In this document: one piece after another, positions 9,980 through 19,907 of the stretch
Layout of the letters: the number at the start of each line of letters is the position of its first letter
How positions within the stretch are numbered: position 1 is the stretch's first letter
Source of the DNA: Microcoleus sp.
Lineage (GTDB): Bacteria > Cyanobacteriota > Cyanobacteriia > Cyanobacteriales > Microcoleaceae
DNA: 64,000 bases
Direction: 5' to 3'
Assembly (NCBI GenBank): GCA_052279835.1
Contig: CP181291.1
Span: forward strand, 3,616,001 to 3,680,000
The notes under the pieces: model-generated
The model's database searches: none
Seen by the model: the letters and a program-made list of their open reading frames with translations, nothing else
What the model was told of the DNA's origin: nothing
Made by a program: the position numbers and the translations under genes

Positions 9980-11752
9980 GTGAGAGTAGAGGCATTTGTG
10001 AGCCAACAAGATATTGTAAATTTAGCCAAAGAAGGCGATGCTAAGGCGATCGCATTTTTGATCTCTCAAGCACTCCAAAACTTTGGAGTCACAGCTAAAG
10101 CCAGTCGCGAAAACAACACCTTGCATTTGTTGCTCGAAGGTGAAAAATTACCCGCCCAAGATGCTTGCATCCGAGTAGCAGTCAAAGGCTTGCAGAGACT
10201 GCAACCAAATCACATTTACTTCCTGACAATTTACGGGCGACGAAATGGTGAAGAATTGCCAGCTTGGACTCAGAATCTCGAATTAACCAAACCATTGAAT
10301 TCCCCAGCAGAAATTACAGGGGCTGCCCGAATTACTGCGGTTTTACAAAAGGTAGAACCACATCAAAATGTCAAAATTGATGCTCCTCAAATTAGCGAAA
10401 AAACAGCGCAAAAACCACCTGTACTTACAACAGAAAAACCAAAGAATCCTCAAATCAGCGAGCAAAAAGCACCAAAACCATCTGTACTTACAACAGAAAA
10501 ACCAAAGAATCCACCGCAGGAACAAAAGCTTGTTAGGAGCAAAACTAAGCATCAAAAACCTTGGCTTTACATGGCTGGTTTGAGTCTAATTTTAGTGCCG
10601 ATATCTGGGATTGTTCTAGCTACTCAACTTTACAAATCGCCAAGCACCGCTGCTACTGAGACTGAAATACCCCAGGCGGAGGTACCGGAAGTGCGATCGA
10701 TAAACTCCCCCTCACCAACTCCCCAAGCCATCCCCACTCCAAAAACACCGCCCGTAGCAGCCAAAAAAACCGTCACAGCACCCGCAACTGTCAGCATCAA
10801 AGCAGTGGGGGATATTATCCCAGGTACGAATTTTCCCTACAACAAATTACCTCAAAAAAAGGAGCTTTTATTTGAGTCGGTTAAACCGCATTTGAAAGGA
10901 GCTGATATTCTATTTGGCAATTTTGAAAGCACGATGACGGATTATCCTTACAGCTCGAAAGGAGGCGGCGGAGGTATGCTGTTTGCCTTTCGGACACCTC
11001 CTAGTTATGCAAAAATATTGAAAGATGCTGGTTTTAATATTTTGAATATTGCCAACAATCATTCTTACGATTTTAACGAGCAGGGATTTAAGGATACGAT
11101 TAAAAACATTGACAGCAATGGGATGAAAGCCGTTGGTAAAAGAGACCAAATTGTCTATAAAAATGTCAAAGGTGTGAATTTGGCTTTTATCGGTTTTAGC
11201 AACTACGGCGAAGTTCATAATTCGTTATTGGAACTAAAGGCTGGGGCGGAAATTGTCAAAAAAGCTAAGCAAAAGGCTGATATTGTGGTGATATCTGTTC
11301 ATGCTGGTGCGGAAGGAACGGGGGCTTTGAATGTGCGAAATAAAAATGAATTTTTTGCTGGTGAAAACCGGGGAAATATGGTTTTGTTTTCGCGAACAAT
11401 GATTGATGCGGGTGCGGATTTGATTTTGGGACACGGGCCCCATGTTGCGAGGGCGATGGAACTTTATAAGGGGAAATTGATTGCTTATTCGCTGGGCAAT
11501 TTTATGGGGTATCGTACTTTGTCAACTGTGGGAGAATTGGGTAAATCTCTGATATTGGATGTGAAGATGAATCCGCAAGGTGATTTTGTATCTGGTAAGA
11601 TTATTCCGATCGCACTTAATGGCCAGGGTATTCCGTCTGTGGATGATGATTTTAGGAGTGTGAAGTTGATTCGGCGTCTGACGAAAAGCGATTTTCCTAA
11701 TGCTGGTTTGAGTATTGGCGATGAGGGACAAATTGTGAAGCAGAGTAAATAG
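9980..11752 (+). CDS. CapA (PGA_cap) family metallophosphoesterase-fold protein with N-terminal extension and TM
   Basis: AVGDI, FGNFE, NIANNHSYD, VISVHAGAE, ILGHGPHV and YSLGNF motifs; 63-bp tandem duplication at 10385-10510. Confidence 0.85.
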   Translation: MRVEAFVSQQDIVNLAKEGDAKAIAFLISQALQNFGVTAKASRENNTLHLLLEGEKLPAQDACIRVAVKGLQRLQPNHIYFLTIYGRRNGEELPAWTQNLELTKPLNSPAEITGAARITAVLQKVEPHQNVKIDAPQISEKTAQKPPVLTTEKPKNPQISEQKAPKPSVLTTEKPKNPPQEQKLVRSKTKHQKPWLYMAGLSLILVPISGIVLATQLYKSPSTAATETEIPQAEVPEVRSINSPSPTPQAIPTPKTPPVAAKKTVTAPATVSIKAVGDIIPGTNFPYNKLPQKKELLFESVKPHLKGADILFGNFESTMTDYPYSSKGGGGGMLFAFRTPPSYAKILKDAGFNILNIANNHSYDFNEQGFKDTIKNIDSNGMKAVGKRDQIVYKNVKGVNLAFIGFSNYGEVHNSLLELKAGAEIVKKAKQKADIVVISVHAGAEGTGALNVRNKNEFFAGENRGNMVLFSRTMIDAGADLILGHGPHVARAMELYKGKLIAYSLGNFMGYRTLSTVGELGKSLILDVKMNPQGDFVSGKIIPIALNGQGIPSVDDDFRSVKLIRRLTKSDFPNAGLSIGDEGQIVKQSK

Positions 11753-12001
11753 TTGATGGTGGAATTTGCCCCTACATCATTAGGGCTTAGGTGTAAATAT
11801 TACAGAAACCGAGTTGTTCCTCAATGTTAAAGACTCCTATGGAGTATTCATGTGAACAACCTAGTTTCTGTCTACAATCACTAAATCAAGACAATTCTCT
11901 CTCTTCTCTTCCTCTGCGCTCTCTGCGCTCTCTGCGGTTAAATCATTCAACAACAATCATGGCATCAAAACCCAAAAATGCCCAATACCCAACTCCCAAA
12001 A

Positions 12002-13480
12002 CTACCTTTTCCAATACCTGCGCCAATGAAACAAATTTTCCCATAAATTACGCATAAAAGTATTGCGACGGAAACGCTCTAATTCCCAAGCCGCAGCAGT
12101 TTTCCCAGTAATCTCCGAAAAAGTAGACCCAATAAAAGGAAGTTCCGCGATCGCCCCAACAGTCATTCCCTGACGCACAGCCAAAGCCATAACATGAATC
12201 AACTCAGCAGCATTTGACCCCACAATACTCGCCCCCAAAATCTCCCCATTACCCCGTCCCACAATCTTACAAAAACCAGTCATCTCCCCACATATTTGAG
12301 CCTTTTCAACATTCTTAAAATATTCCCGACTCACTATAATATCATCACCAAAACGACGCCTTGCTTGCGCCTCAGTCAAACCCACCCTCGCCAACTGTGG
12401 TTCAGAAAAAATAGCCCAAGGAATCCCGCGATAATCAATTTTTAACCTCGGCCAAAACAAAGCATTTTTCACAGCCACCAAAGCTTCGGAATTAGCAATG
12501 TGAGGGAACGCATAACCGCCAGCAACATCACCAATTCCATAAATCTGAGGATTAGTTGTTTGCAATTTCTCATTTAAAATCAATCCCTGGTGATTGCATT
12601 TAGCACCAGTCGCTTCTAGATTTAATGATTGAAAATTAGGCTTGCGCCCCGCAGCGATAAAAATCTCCTCAGTTTCGATCGCCAAATCCCCCGCTTGAAC
12701 CCACTTCCTCCCATCAATCGCTCTAGCTTGAGTCACCTCAGTAGCCGTCAAAATCCGCACTCCTTGGGCTTCCATCGCAGCTTGAACCAAGCCAGCAGCC
12801 TCTGGCTCCTCTTTCGCCAAAATACGCGAACCCTTCACCACCAGCGTCACAGCCACCCCTAATCGAGCAAAAGTTTGAGCAACTTCGACACCGCTAGGAT
12901 CTGCACCAATTACGACCAAACTTTTAGGAACTTGTTTAAGTTTTGCTAATTTCCAGACAGTTTCCGAAGTGAAATAACCAACAGACAAAAGTCCTTCAAT
13001 ATGGGGAATCGCCGGGAGACTGGGACAAGCCAGCAAATAACCAAGCGATCGCAATTTCCGCCCATTGACAGCAAAAGCCAAATCCGGTTTCACCACAAAC
13101 TCGCCATCACCACAAATAACATCAACCCCGCGAGTAGCCAAAATACCCAAATCGTTGATTTCTGACAAATTAGAAACAACACCTTCTGTCCACTGCATCA
13201 CCTCATCAAACCGCAATTTCCTAGGCATTTCCGAATTAGTATTGTCCCAACGTACACCGAATTTCTGGTTAGTGATTTGTTCAGCAAATCGGCCACTCTC
13301 ACTCAAAATTTGGTTGTATTGCAAACTTAAGGCGATCGCATCTTGGCCCGCCGTCGGCAAATTTTGTAAATCACTCAAAGGTTCCACCAAAGCAACACGA
13401 GCTTGGAAACCACTTGCAGTCAAAGCAGCATAGCGTCCGGCCGTCGTACCACCAATTATTACTAAATCGTAGTCAAGCAT
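12002..13480 (-). CDS. Pyridine nucleotide-disulfide oxidoreductase family protein (Lpd/MerA-like) lacking the redox-active Cys pair
   Basis: YDLVIIGG, TTNPQIYGIGDV, IPWAIFSEPQLARVGLTEAQA and GEILGASIVG; no CxxxxC motif. Confidence 0.8.
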   Translation of the reverse strand: MLDYDLVIIGGTTAGRYAALTASGFQARVALVEPLSDLQNLPTAGQDAIALSLQYNQILSESGRFAEQITNQKFGVRWDNTNSEMPRKLRFDEVMQWTEGVVSNLSEINDLGILATRGVDVICGDGEFVVKPDLAFAVNGRKLRSLGYLLACPSLPAIPHIEGLLSVGYFTSETVWKLAKLKQVPKSLVVIGADPSGVEVAQTFARLGVAVTLVVKGSRILAKEEPEAAGLVQAAMEAQGVRILTATEVTQARAIDGRKWVQAGDLAIETEEIFIAAGRKPNFQSLNLEATGAKCNHQGLILNEKLQTTNPQIYGIGDVAGGYAFPHIANSEALVAVKNALFWPRLKIDYRGIPWAIFSEPQLARVGLTEAQARRRFGDDIIVSREYFKNVEKAQICGEMTGFCKIVGRGNGEILGASIVGSNAAELIHVMALAVRQGMTVGAIAELPFIGSTFSEITGKTAAAWELERFRRNTFMRNLWENLFHWRRYWKR

Positions 13481-13528
13481 AAATTTAATAAGTCATTTGT
13501 TATTGGTTATTAGTTAAATGACCAATAA

Positions 13529-14668
13529 CTAATGACCAATAACTTCTTTAATTGCAGAAATAAGTCGTAGATTGTCTGCCCGCTCGCGCACAGCCACCCG
13601 AAAAAAGCGATCGCCCAACTCAGGAAAACTCAAACAATCCCGAATTAAAATCCGGTGACGTTCCAGCAGACTTTTTTGAATCAGCGCTACCGAAACCGAA
13701 GACTCCACCAACAAAAAATTAGCCGCACCAGGAAACGGCTGCAAACCAGGTAAACTAGCCAAACCCTCAAATAGCTCTTGGCGAGCCACAGGTAGCCAAT
13801 CCCAGGTTTGCCGTTCAAAAACAACATCTCGCACCACAGCAGCCGCCGCAGCCGCGGCCAGAGCGTTCACAGGCCAAGGATCTCGCTGCAACTGCCAGCG
13901 ACGGAGGCGATCGGGATGGGCGATCGCACAGCCCAACCGCAGTCCGGGCAGAGAATAGAATTTAGTGAGCGATCGTAAAATCACCAAATTCGGAAACTCC
14001 GCCACAGCATCGATCGAACTCTCCTGTTGTTCCGGCGGTAGAAAGTCCATAAAAGCCTCATCTACCACCACCAGACCCAACTGCTCCACATAAGGCCCAA
14101 TCGCCTCCCTACCGAACAGCAAACCCGTAGGATTATGCGGATTATTCAGCAGCAAAGCTCGATCGCGATTGAGAGCAAGAGGCACCGGGACTTCTTGAGG
14201 AAGAGGAAAGATGCCTGTTGCACAAGAAAATTCATTTCTTGTGGAATGGGCATCTTGCCCGTTATTGACCATGGTGCCAGATGTAAGCTCCAAAGGACAT
14301 TCCAGCACCTTCGCGCCGAAAGCCAAAAGAGCCCGCCAGTAATCGCCAAAAGCCGGAGTCACCAAATAAGTTGCTTCCAGCTTCGACAAATCCCAAGCCG
14401 CCCAAGTCAACAATTCCGCCGAACCATTCCCCGGCAAAATCCAATCCGGGTCAACATTCAAAGCCTCACCCAAAACAGCCCTCAGTTGTCCATAATCAGG
14501 GTCTGGGTAAGCAGTCAGACTGCCCAGGTGTGCTTGAATCGCATCGAGAGCCGACTTAGGCGGGCCCAAAGGACTGATACTGGCAGAAAAATCGAGAATA
14601 GCAGAAGCAGGGCAACCAGCCAGTGTGGCTGCCCAAGCTAAATTCCCACCGTGAACAGGTCTAGTCAA
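13529..14668 (-). CDS. cobD: Threonine-phosphate decarboxylase (cobalamin synthesis)
   Basis: VHGGN, LDFSASISPLGPP, YPDP, GNGSAEL, NNPHNPTG, VVDEAFMDF, LRSLTKFYSLPGLRLG. Confidence 0.9.
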   Translation of the reverse strand: MTRPVHGGNLAWAATLAGCPASAILDFSASISPLGPPKSALDAIQAHLGSLTAYPDPDYGQLRAVLGEALNVDPDWILPGNGSAELLTWAAWDLSKLEATYLVTPAFGDYWRALLAFGAKVLECPLELTSGTMVNNGQDAHSTRNEFSCATGIFPLPQEVPVPLALNRDRALLLNNPHNPTGLLFGREAIGPYVEQLGLVVVDEAFMDFLPPEQQESSIDAVAEFPNLVILRSLTKFYSLPGLRLGCAIAHPDRLRRWQLQRDPWPVNALAAAAAAAVVRDVVFERQTWDWLPVARQELFEGLASLPGLQPFPGAANFLLVESSVSVALIQKSLLERHRILIRDCLSFPELGDRFFRVAVRERADNLRLISAIKEVIGH

Positions 14669-14686
14669 AGCTTAGTTTGCCGATAT

Positions 14687-14974
14687 TTAGGAGTCTTTAT
14701 CCGGTGCAACTCTGTCCTTAAACAATTTCCCTGCGGAAAAAGCAGGAACTCTGGTAGCCGGAATTTCCATTTTAGCGCCTGTTTTGGGATTGCGACCCTC
14801 ACGAGCCTTGCGTTCCCGTGACTCAAAGGAGCCAAAACCGACCAATGTCACCTTGTCGCCGTCGGAGACAGCTTCCATGATTGCTTCCAAAGCGGCACTC
14901 AAAACAGCATCTGCCTGTTTTTTCGTCACGCTAGCCTTTTCCGCGACTGCATCAACCAATTCACCTTTGTTCAT
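14687..14974 (-). CDS. hup: Histone-like DNA-binding protein HU
   Basis: MNKGELVDAVA...GFGSFESRERKAREGRNPKTG...PAFSAGKLFKD; AGGAG RBS upstream of ATG 14974. Confidence 0.97.
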   Translation of the reverse strand: MNKGELVDAVAEKASVTKKQADAVLSAALEAIMEAVSDGDKVTLVGFGSFESRERKAREGRNPKTGAKMEIPATRVPAFSAGKLFKDRVAPDKDS

Positions 14975-15412
14975 TAGGAACTCCTTCTGGATTTGCAAAA
15001 TACGTTCAACAGAGTTTAACTATTAGCTGTGAGTTATCAACTGGATTGGGCCGTGCCTGGGGATGTTTCGGTTGTACCCGATCGCCCCTGTCGGCTTCCC
15101 CAAATCAGAACTCCTGCTGAATACTAACTACCCTAGAGTAATTGGTCAGAAAAGGAATTTTCATTTTTAATTGCTGAAAACCCCACAGCATCTAATTTTC
15201 ACTGCATTATTCTAAAGTCTTCCCGACCCTTATGGATCGGTGGAACCTTTAATTTATATGGATTTGGACAATTTTTAGAATTAATCCATAAATTTGGTTA
15301 CAAAAATACCACCTTGGAGAGCAGATTTCTCACCTCGGTGGATTTGAAAACCGGAAAAAAGAGAAAGAGAAGGAACAGAATGTCATTTGTCAATGGCTAA
15401 AGGGGAAGATTT

Positions 15413-15606
15413 TCCTTCTTCCTTCTTCCTTCTTTTCCCCATAGGGGGGGTTCTTCTTCCTTCTTTTCCCCCCTTGGGGGGGGTAGGGGGGGGTTCTTCT
15501 TCCTTCCTCCTTCTTTTCCCCCCTTGGGGGGGGTAGGGGGGGGTTCTTCTTCCTTCCTCCTTCTTTTCCCCCATTGGGGGGGTTCTTCCTCCTTCTTCCT
15601 TCCTTC
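15413..15606. repeat. Tandem CCCCCTTGGGGGGGGTAGGGGGGGTT / TTCCTTC repeat array downstream of pilQ
   Basis: Directly visible; single units recur near 34122 and 41010. Confidence 0.85.
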
Positions 15607-15609
15607 TGA

Positions 15610-17997
15610 CTACTGCCGGGGTTGGATGGGCTGACCCCGCTGCAACAGTTGGCGGGCGTCGGGACTGATGTTGTTTTGATAACCAAAGTTCGATCGATCG
15701 CTATCATCCAAAATCTGCGGAGTCAGCAATACAATCACTTCCGCCCGCTGGTTTTCCTTATTAGTCCTCCTGAACAGCGAACCGATAATCGGCAAATCTC
15801 CTAAAATCGGAATCTTCCTGGCTGTCACCCGTTCTTGGTCGCTGATAATCCCCGATACAATCAAAGTCTGACCGTCTCGCAGGCGAATCAACCCAGACTG
15901 CAAAGAGCGCTCAGAAAGCAGTCTGATCGTATTGGTATTCGCGCCCGTAGAGAGTTGTTGCTCTGCGCCAGGAGCTCGGACGATCGGATTCACCCGCAAA
16001 GAGATAAAACCGTTGTCGTCGATGCGATCGATCGCCACCCCCAACTGCAAACCCGCCTTGTCTTTGACGGCCGTAGTTGTTGTGGTACTGGTATTTCCGG
16101 TGGTCTGCGTTTGTTGCGTGATGTTAGTAAGCACCTCGTCGGTGATATTCACATTCGCCGTTTCCCCTTCTTGAACAACCAGAGTCGGATCTGTCAGAAT
16201 TTTAGCGTTGAGGGTGTTAATCTGTGCCTGCAACGCAGACAGGAACCTCCTGGGATACTGCAACAACGGGAACAATCCGAACTCTGCGGTTCCCGAAGTA
16301 GTCGCCGATCCAGGTGTGTAATCGGTAATTCCAACTCGTGTAGGGCTATTACTAACTGGGGCTGTAGGCTGAAGGAACACACCTTTAGCTGGACCGTTGA
16401 TACCTTGACCTGTCAATGGGACGGTAACGCGACCGTTCGCATCGTAGAAAACGTCTCCTGCTAGGGGGTTGTTGACGATCGGCGGAGTCGTTCGGCTAGC
16501 GTTGACATCATTAGTGTTCGCAGGCTGCAAGCCACCAAAATTAAGACTTGCGGCCCCTTGGTCGTTGACAAAGAAATTGTTATTAATGCCGAAAGAAAAA
16601 CTGCTGCTACTGTTGTTTACTCCCGACAAGTTGATATCGATCACCTTGACATTCACCGCCACTTGACGGCGGCGCAAATCTAGCTGCGTCAAGAAATTTA
16701 CAGCGACATCAACCTTGCGCGGATCTCCCACCAAAGTGATGGAATTGAGCCTCGCATCGGCCAGCACCGACAGTCCCCTCAACAATAACGGGCCATTACC
16801 ATCCTTAGCCCCGATCGCCTTAATATCAGGTTCCCGAATTTCCACATCCCGCGCCGCATTACCCTGACCCACGGTTTGAATAGTCACGCGAGTAATCGGG
16901 AGTTGAGTTTCGGCACCTTGAGCGCTCAAAAAGTTAGCTGCATCCGTAGACCGAACTTGATTGAGCCGCAGAGTCCGAACGATAATATTACGCGAGTCCA
17001 GTGGCAGATTACTACCTACAAAAATCGTCCGTCCCACGCGATTAGCTTGCAGCCCACTCAGGCGGAGCACGTAGTTAAAGACATCTTGCACCGACTCATT
17101 TTCGATGTCCAAAGAAATCTTCGGCCCTTCATCCGAACCGCCTGCTGCACCCGCCGCCGGTGCACCCGCTGGCTGGCCTGGCTGACCTGGAGCCCCGCCA
17201 CCTGTAAAAGCAATATTCAACCCCGCAGCACGAGCCAGCAGAGCCAACACGTCCCGAACCGGGGCATCCCGTAGGACTAGCCGAGGGATGCGTTCTCCCG
17301 AACTCAGCTCGATATTTCCCGCCGCTGGAGCGATGTTAGAAACGGCGATATCTCCTAGGGGTGGAGCAACTGCCCGCGGTAGGAACGGCGCGGCCTGACT
17401 GGCGGGAGATTGAATTTCGCTGGGGAGTGGTGGGCGATCGTTTCTAGTGATTGTAACTTCAGGATTTTGCAATACCACGTTCGGGTTTTGCGCTGTACGG
17501 ATTTGGGGAGCCGGCACTGGGGCTGTTTGGCTCAGGGGCAGGCCAGGAGGTGGTGGCGGTGCAGCTTGAGTAGATTGCGGTGTACCGCCCTGTCTGGCGA
17601 CGCTCAGAACGATGCCATTGCCTTGTCCCTGAACGATTTGTCCGCTGGGAACGCCGTTAGTGCCTGTCACCAACACGCGGATGCTGTTAGCATCTGCCGG
17701 GGTGACTTCTACTGAAGAAATGCCTGGAGCTGGGTTTTCTTGCCGGAATGTGTTGCCTTGGCTCAAGCGGAGCTGGGTATTGATGATTGTGGCTTGGTAG
17801 GTATTGCCATTATTAATGGCGAAGACTTGCGGCCGATCGCCCTTTTCCGTCGCCAACACAATATTTACCCCATTATTGGCTTGACTTACTTGCACTCCTG
17901 TGACCTGAGTTGGCGCTGCCCAAACGGGGGCTTGGGCCATCATCACTCCCGCCACACTGCTAAAGAGTCCTCCAGTTAATCGTAGATGCTGTTTCAC
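15610..17997 (-). CDS. pilQ: Type IV pilus secretin with AMIN domain
   Basis: AMIN-like N-terminus, LVLRDAPVRDVL, AKILTDPTLVVQEGE and KIPILGDLPIIGSLFR secretin signatures; pilMNO upstream. Confidence 0.93.
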   Translation of the reverse strand: MKQHLRLTGGLFSSVAGVMMAQAPVWAAPTQVTGVQVSQANNGVNIVLATEKGDRPQVFAINNGNTYQATIINTQLRLSQGNTFRQENPAPGISSVEVTPADANSIRVLVTGTNGVPSGQIVQGQGNGIVLSVARQGGTPQSTQAAPPPPPGLPLSQTAPVPAPQIRTAQNPNVVLQNPEVTITRNDRPPLPSEIQSPASQAAPFLPRAVAPPLGDIAVSNIAPAAGNIELSSGERIPRLVLRDAPVRDVLALLARAAGLNIAFTGGGAPGQPGQPAGAPAAGAAGGSDEGPKISLDIENESVQDVFNYVLRLSGLQANRVGRTIFVGSNLPLDSRNIIVRTLRLNQVRSTDAANFLSAQGAETQLPITRVTIQTVGQGNAARDVEIREPDIKAIGAKDGNGPLLLRGLSVLADARLNSITLVGDPRKVDVAVNFLTQLDLRRRQVAVNVKVIDINLSGVNNSSSSFSFGINNNFFVNDQGAASLNFGGLQPANTNDVNASRTTPPIVNNPLAGDVFYDANGRVTVPLTGQGINGPAKGVFLQPTAPVSNSPTRVGITDYTPGSATTSGTAEFGLFPLLQYPRRFLSALQAQINTLNAKILTDPTLVVQEGETANVNITDEVLTNITQQTQTTGNTSTTTTTAVKDKAGLQLGVAIDRIDDNGFISLRVNPIVRAPGAEQQLSTGANTNTIRLLSERSLQSGLIRLRDGQTLIVSGIISDQERVTARKIPILGDLPIIGSLFRRTNKENQRAEVIVLLTPQILDDSDRSNFGYQNNISPDARQLLQRGQPIQPRQ

Positions 17998-18109
17998 GTT
18001 CGCTCCTCAAATAAACTTTATCAATTATTGTCTTTTAGCTCCCCAACTTCTGGAAGAAGTGGGGGAGCTGCTGCGTATTCTGTTTTTTTAGATGGACTTA
18101 ACTAGCTGC

Positions 18110-18937
18110 TTATTTAGCAACAGGAGTTGCCGCTGCACTGGGACTTGGAGTCGGTGTCGGCAGTTTTTCCTCTTGTTTTAACGGCAGCAGTGCGTGTAAA
18201 TCAAAAGCAGTTTTAATTTTAGTTTGCGGTGGCTGGACGGGCACTATTTTCCCTTTCAAAACGTCAACTTCTATGGCCTGATTTGGTTCTGCCAATTCAG
18301 ATTTCAAATTTCTCACTACCAAAAGCGACTGCATCAATTCCAAGTTACGCATAAAGCTGCGGGTTTGAGCAAAATTCCCTTCAAACTCTACCTTATATTT
18401 TTTGCGTCTGAGCTTGCCAGCCAGAGAGGGCCCAAAAGACGTATCTTTTAGAATATCGGGGTCTGCCACTCCAGGTACGGTAGCAGACGGTGCAGTTGCC
18501 GGCAAGATATCTGGCTCAAATTTTGTGAGTTTAGCTTTACCCTGATCCCCTTGTACGCCTGCGTTGATTTTGTTCACCAGTTGATTCATGTCCAGCAACA
18601 AGGTGGTGCTACCCTCGTCGCTAGCAAACATTGCCGTCACTTCTGCCCTGCGCTGTTTTGCTTGTTCTTGTTTTGCTTCTGCTTCTGCCCTTTTTTTAAT
18701 TTGAGCTTGCAAGCTCAGTTGCGTTTCTTTGCCTTCGCTAATTTTTTGCTTGATGTCGGCGGTTTTCTGGATTTCTGGCATCACAAACTGTGTACCGATG
18801 TAGCCGGCCACTCCGATGCCGAGAACAGCAATCGCTATTGCTTGAACTTGGGGTGTCAGCTTAATCCCGAATATTTCCTGACTAGATGAATCTTGTCCTT
18901 GTTCTCCGCTGGGAATAAACTCATTTGCTGCTGTCAT
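18110..18937 (-). CDS. pilO: Type IV pilus assembly protein PilO
   Basis: TM plus coiled coil, FEGNFAQTRSFMRNLE; operon position. Confidence 0.85.
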   Translation of the reverse strand: MTAANEFIPSGEQGQDSSSQEIFGIKLTPQVQAIAIAVLGIGVAGYIGTQFVMPEIQKTADIKQKISEGKETQLSLQAQIKKRAEAEAKQEQAKQRRAEVTAMFASDEGSTTLLLDMNQLVNKINAGVQGDQGKAKLTKFEPDILPATAPSATVPGVADPDILKDTSFGPSLAGKLRRKKYKVEFEGNFAQTRSFMRNLELMQSLLVVRNLKSELAEPNQAIEVDVLKGKIVPVQPPQTKIKTAFDLHALLPLKQEEKLPTPTPSPSAAATPVAK

Positions 18938-19860
18938 GGTTTTTTAACTTCTCCTTTTAGTTCGCTTTTTGGTGTTTCTAGCACTCCTTTTTCTTGAAGT
19001 GTTTCTATCCGTATTGCTAGCCCATCTGCTTGTTGACTCCGCAGTTCGGGAAGCAACTCGGAGGCTACTGTCGGACTGAGGCTGGTTTCAATTTTATATT
19101 CCACCACCGGCCGCAGTTTGGGAATTTCTACCGCACCTAGGGCGCTTTGGTTCCTTACTTGTACTTGTGCTGGGTTGCTTTTTAAGGTGGCTGCTAGCAG
19201 TCTGGTATCAGTATTGAGGAAAAAGGGAGAGCGTTGAACTAGCAGCATGAAGTCGTTAACTTGAGCGAAGGTACTGGCGACTCCAGAAATTACTACCTTT
19301 GATGCCTGAACCGGGGCTACGGGGGTGGCAACTGCCACTGGGGTAGCGCTGGCTGCTGGGGACGGACTCCCTCCGCCTGGGGACGGGCTGGCTGCTGGGG
19401 TGGCTGCGGGTGGAGGGGGAGCTGCTGCTACTGGGGACGGACTGGGGTCTATTTGCTCAATTTTGGCAATTTTCACTCCAGCGGGAGTGCGGTTACTTAG
19501 GTCTTGCAGCATTGCCGACCAAGGTTTAATTTGGTCGAATACTCCTGCTAATGCTTTGTATTCTGCGGTAACTTTATCGGTTTCGCTGTTGATGGCTTTG
19601 ATGGCACTGGCTTGAGTGTTTAATTTTGCCACTTCTTGGTCGAGGGCTGTTTGTACTGCTGTCAAGCCATTATTTTCGTTAGTGGCCCACCACCAGGCAC
19701 CCATGACGGCAACGTTGATGCCCATGGCAAAGAGCACGGCACCAATTAAGGGAAGTTGGTCTTTTGCCGAACCCGAACCTTTTTTGGTTGGAGCTTTGCT
19801 GGGTTCGTCCTGTTTGTATTCGGGACGGTCTCTGAGAAAGTTAATATCTAGGGTGTACAT
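18934..19860 (-). CDS. pilN: Type IV pilus assembly protein PilN
   Basis: MYTLDINFL, PWSAMLQDL..TPAGV, ISGVASTFAQVNDF. Confidence 0.9.
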   Translation of the reverse strand: MYTLDINFLRDRPEYKQDEPSKAPTKKGSGSAKDQLPLIGAVLFAMGINVAVMGAWWWATNENNGLTAVQTALDQEVAKLNTQASAIKAINSETDKVTAEYKALAGVFDQIKPWSAMLQDLSNRTPAGVKIAKIEQIDPSPSPVAAAPPPPAATPAASPSPGGGSPSPAASATPVAVATPVAPVQASKVVISGVASTFAQVNDFMLLVQRSPFFLNTDTRLLAATLKSNPAQVQVRNQSALGAVEIPKLRPVVEYKIETSLSPTVASELLPELRSQQADGLAIRIETLQEKGVLETPKSELKGEVKKP

Positions 19861-19907
19861 GGCTTTACTCGATTTGAGATTTTAAATTTGAGATTTTAAG
19901 AGACTGT

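Noticed and set aside
12002..13480. merA / lpdA assignment
   Set aside because: Catalytic cysteines and the His-Glu dyad are absent, and there is no mer operon.
15383..15707. ORFs 15383..15574 and 15390..15707
   Set aside because: These are low-complexity translations of the tandem repeat array.
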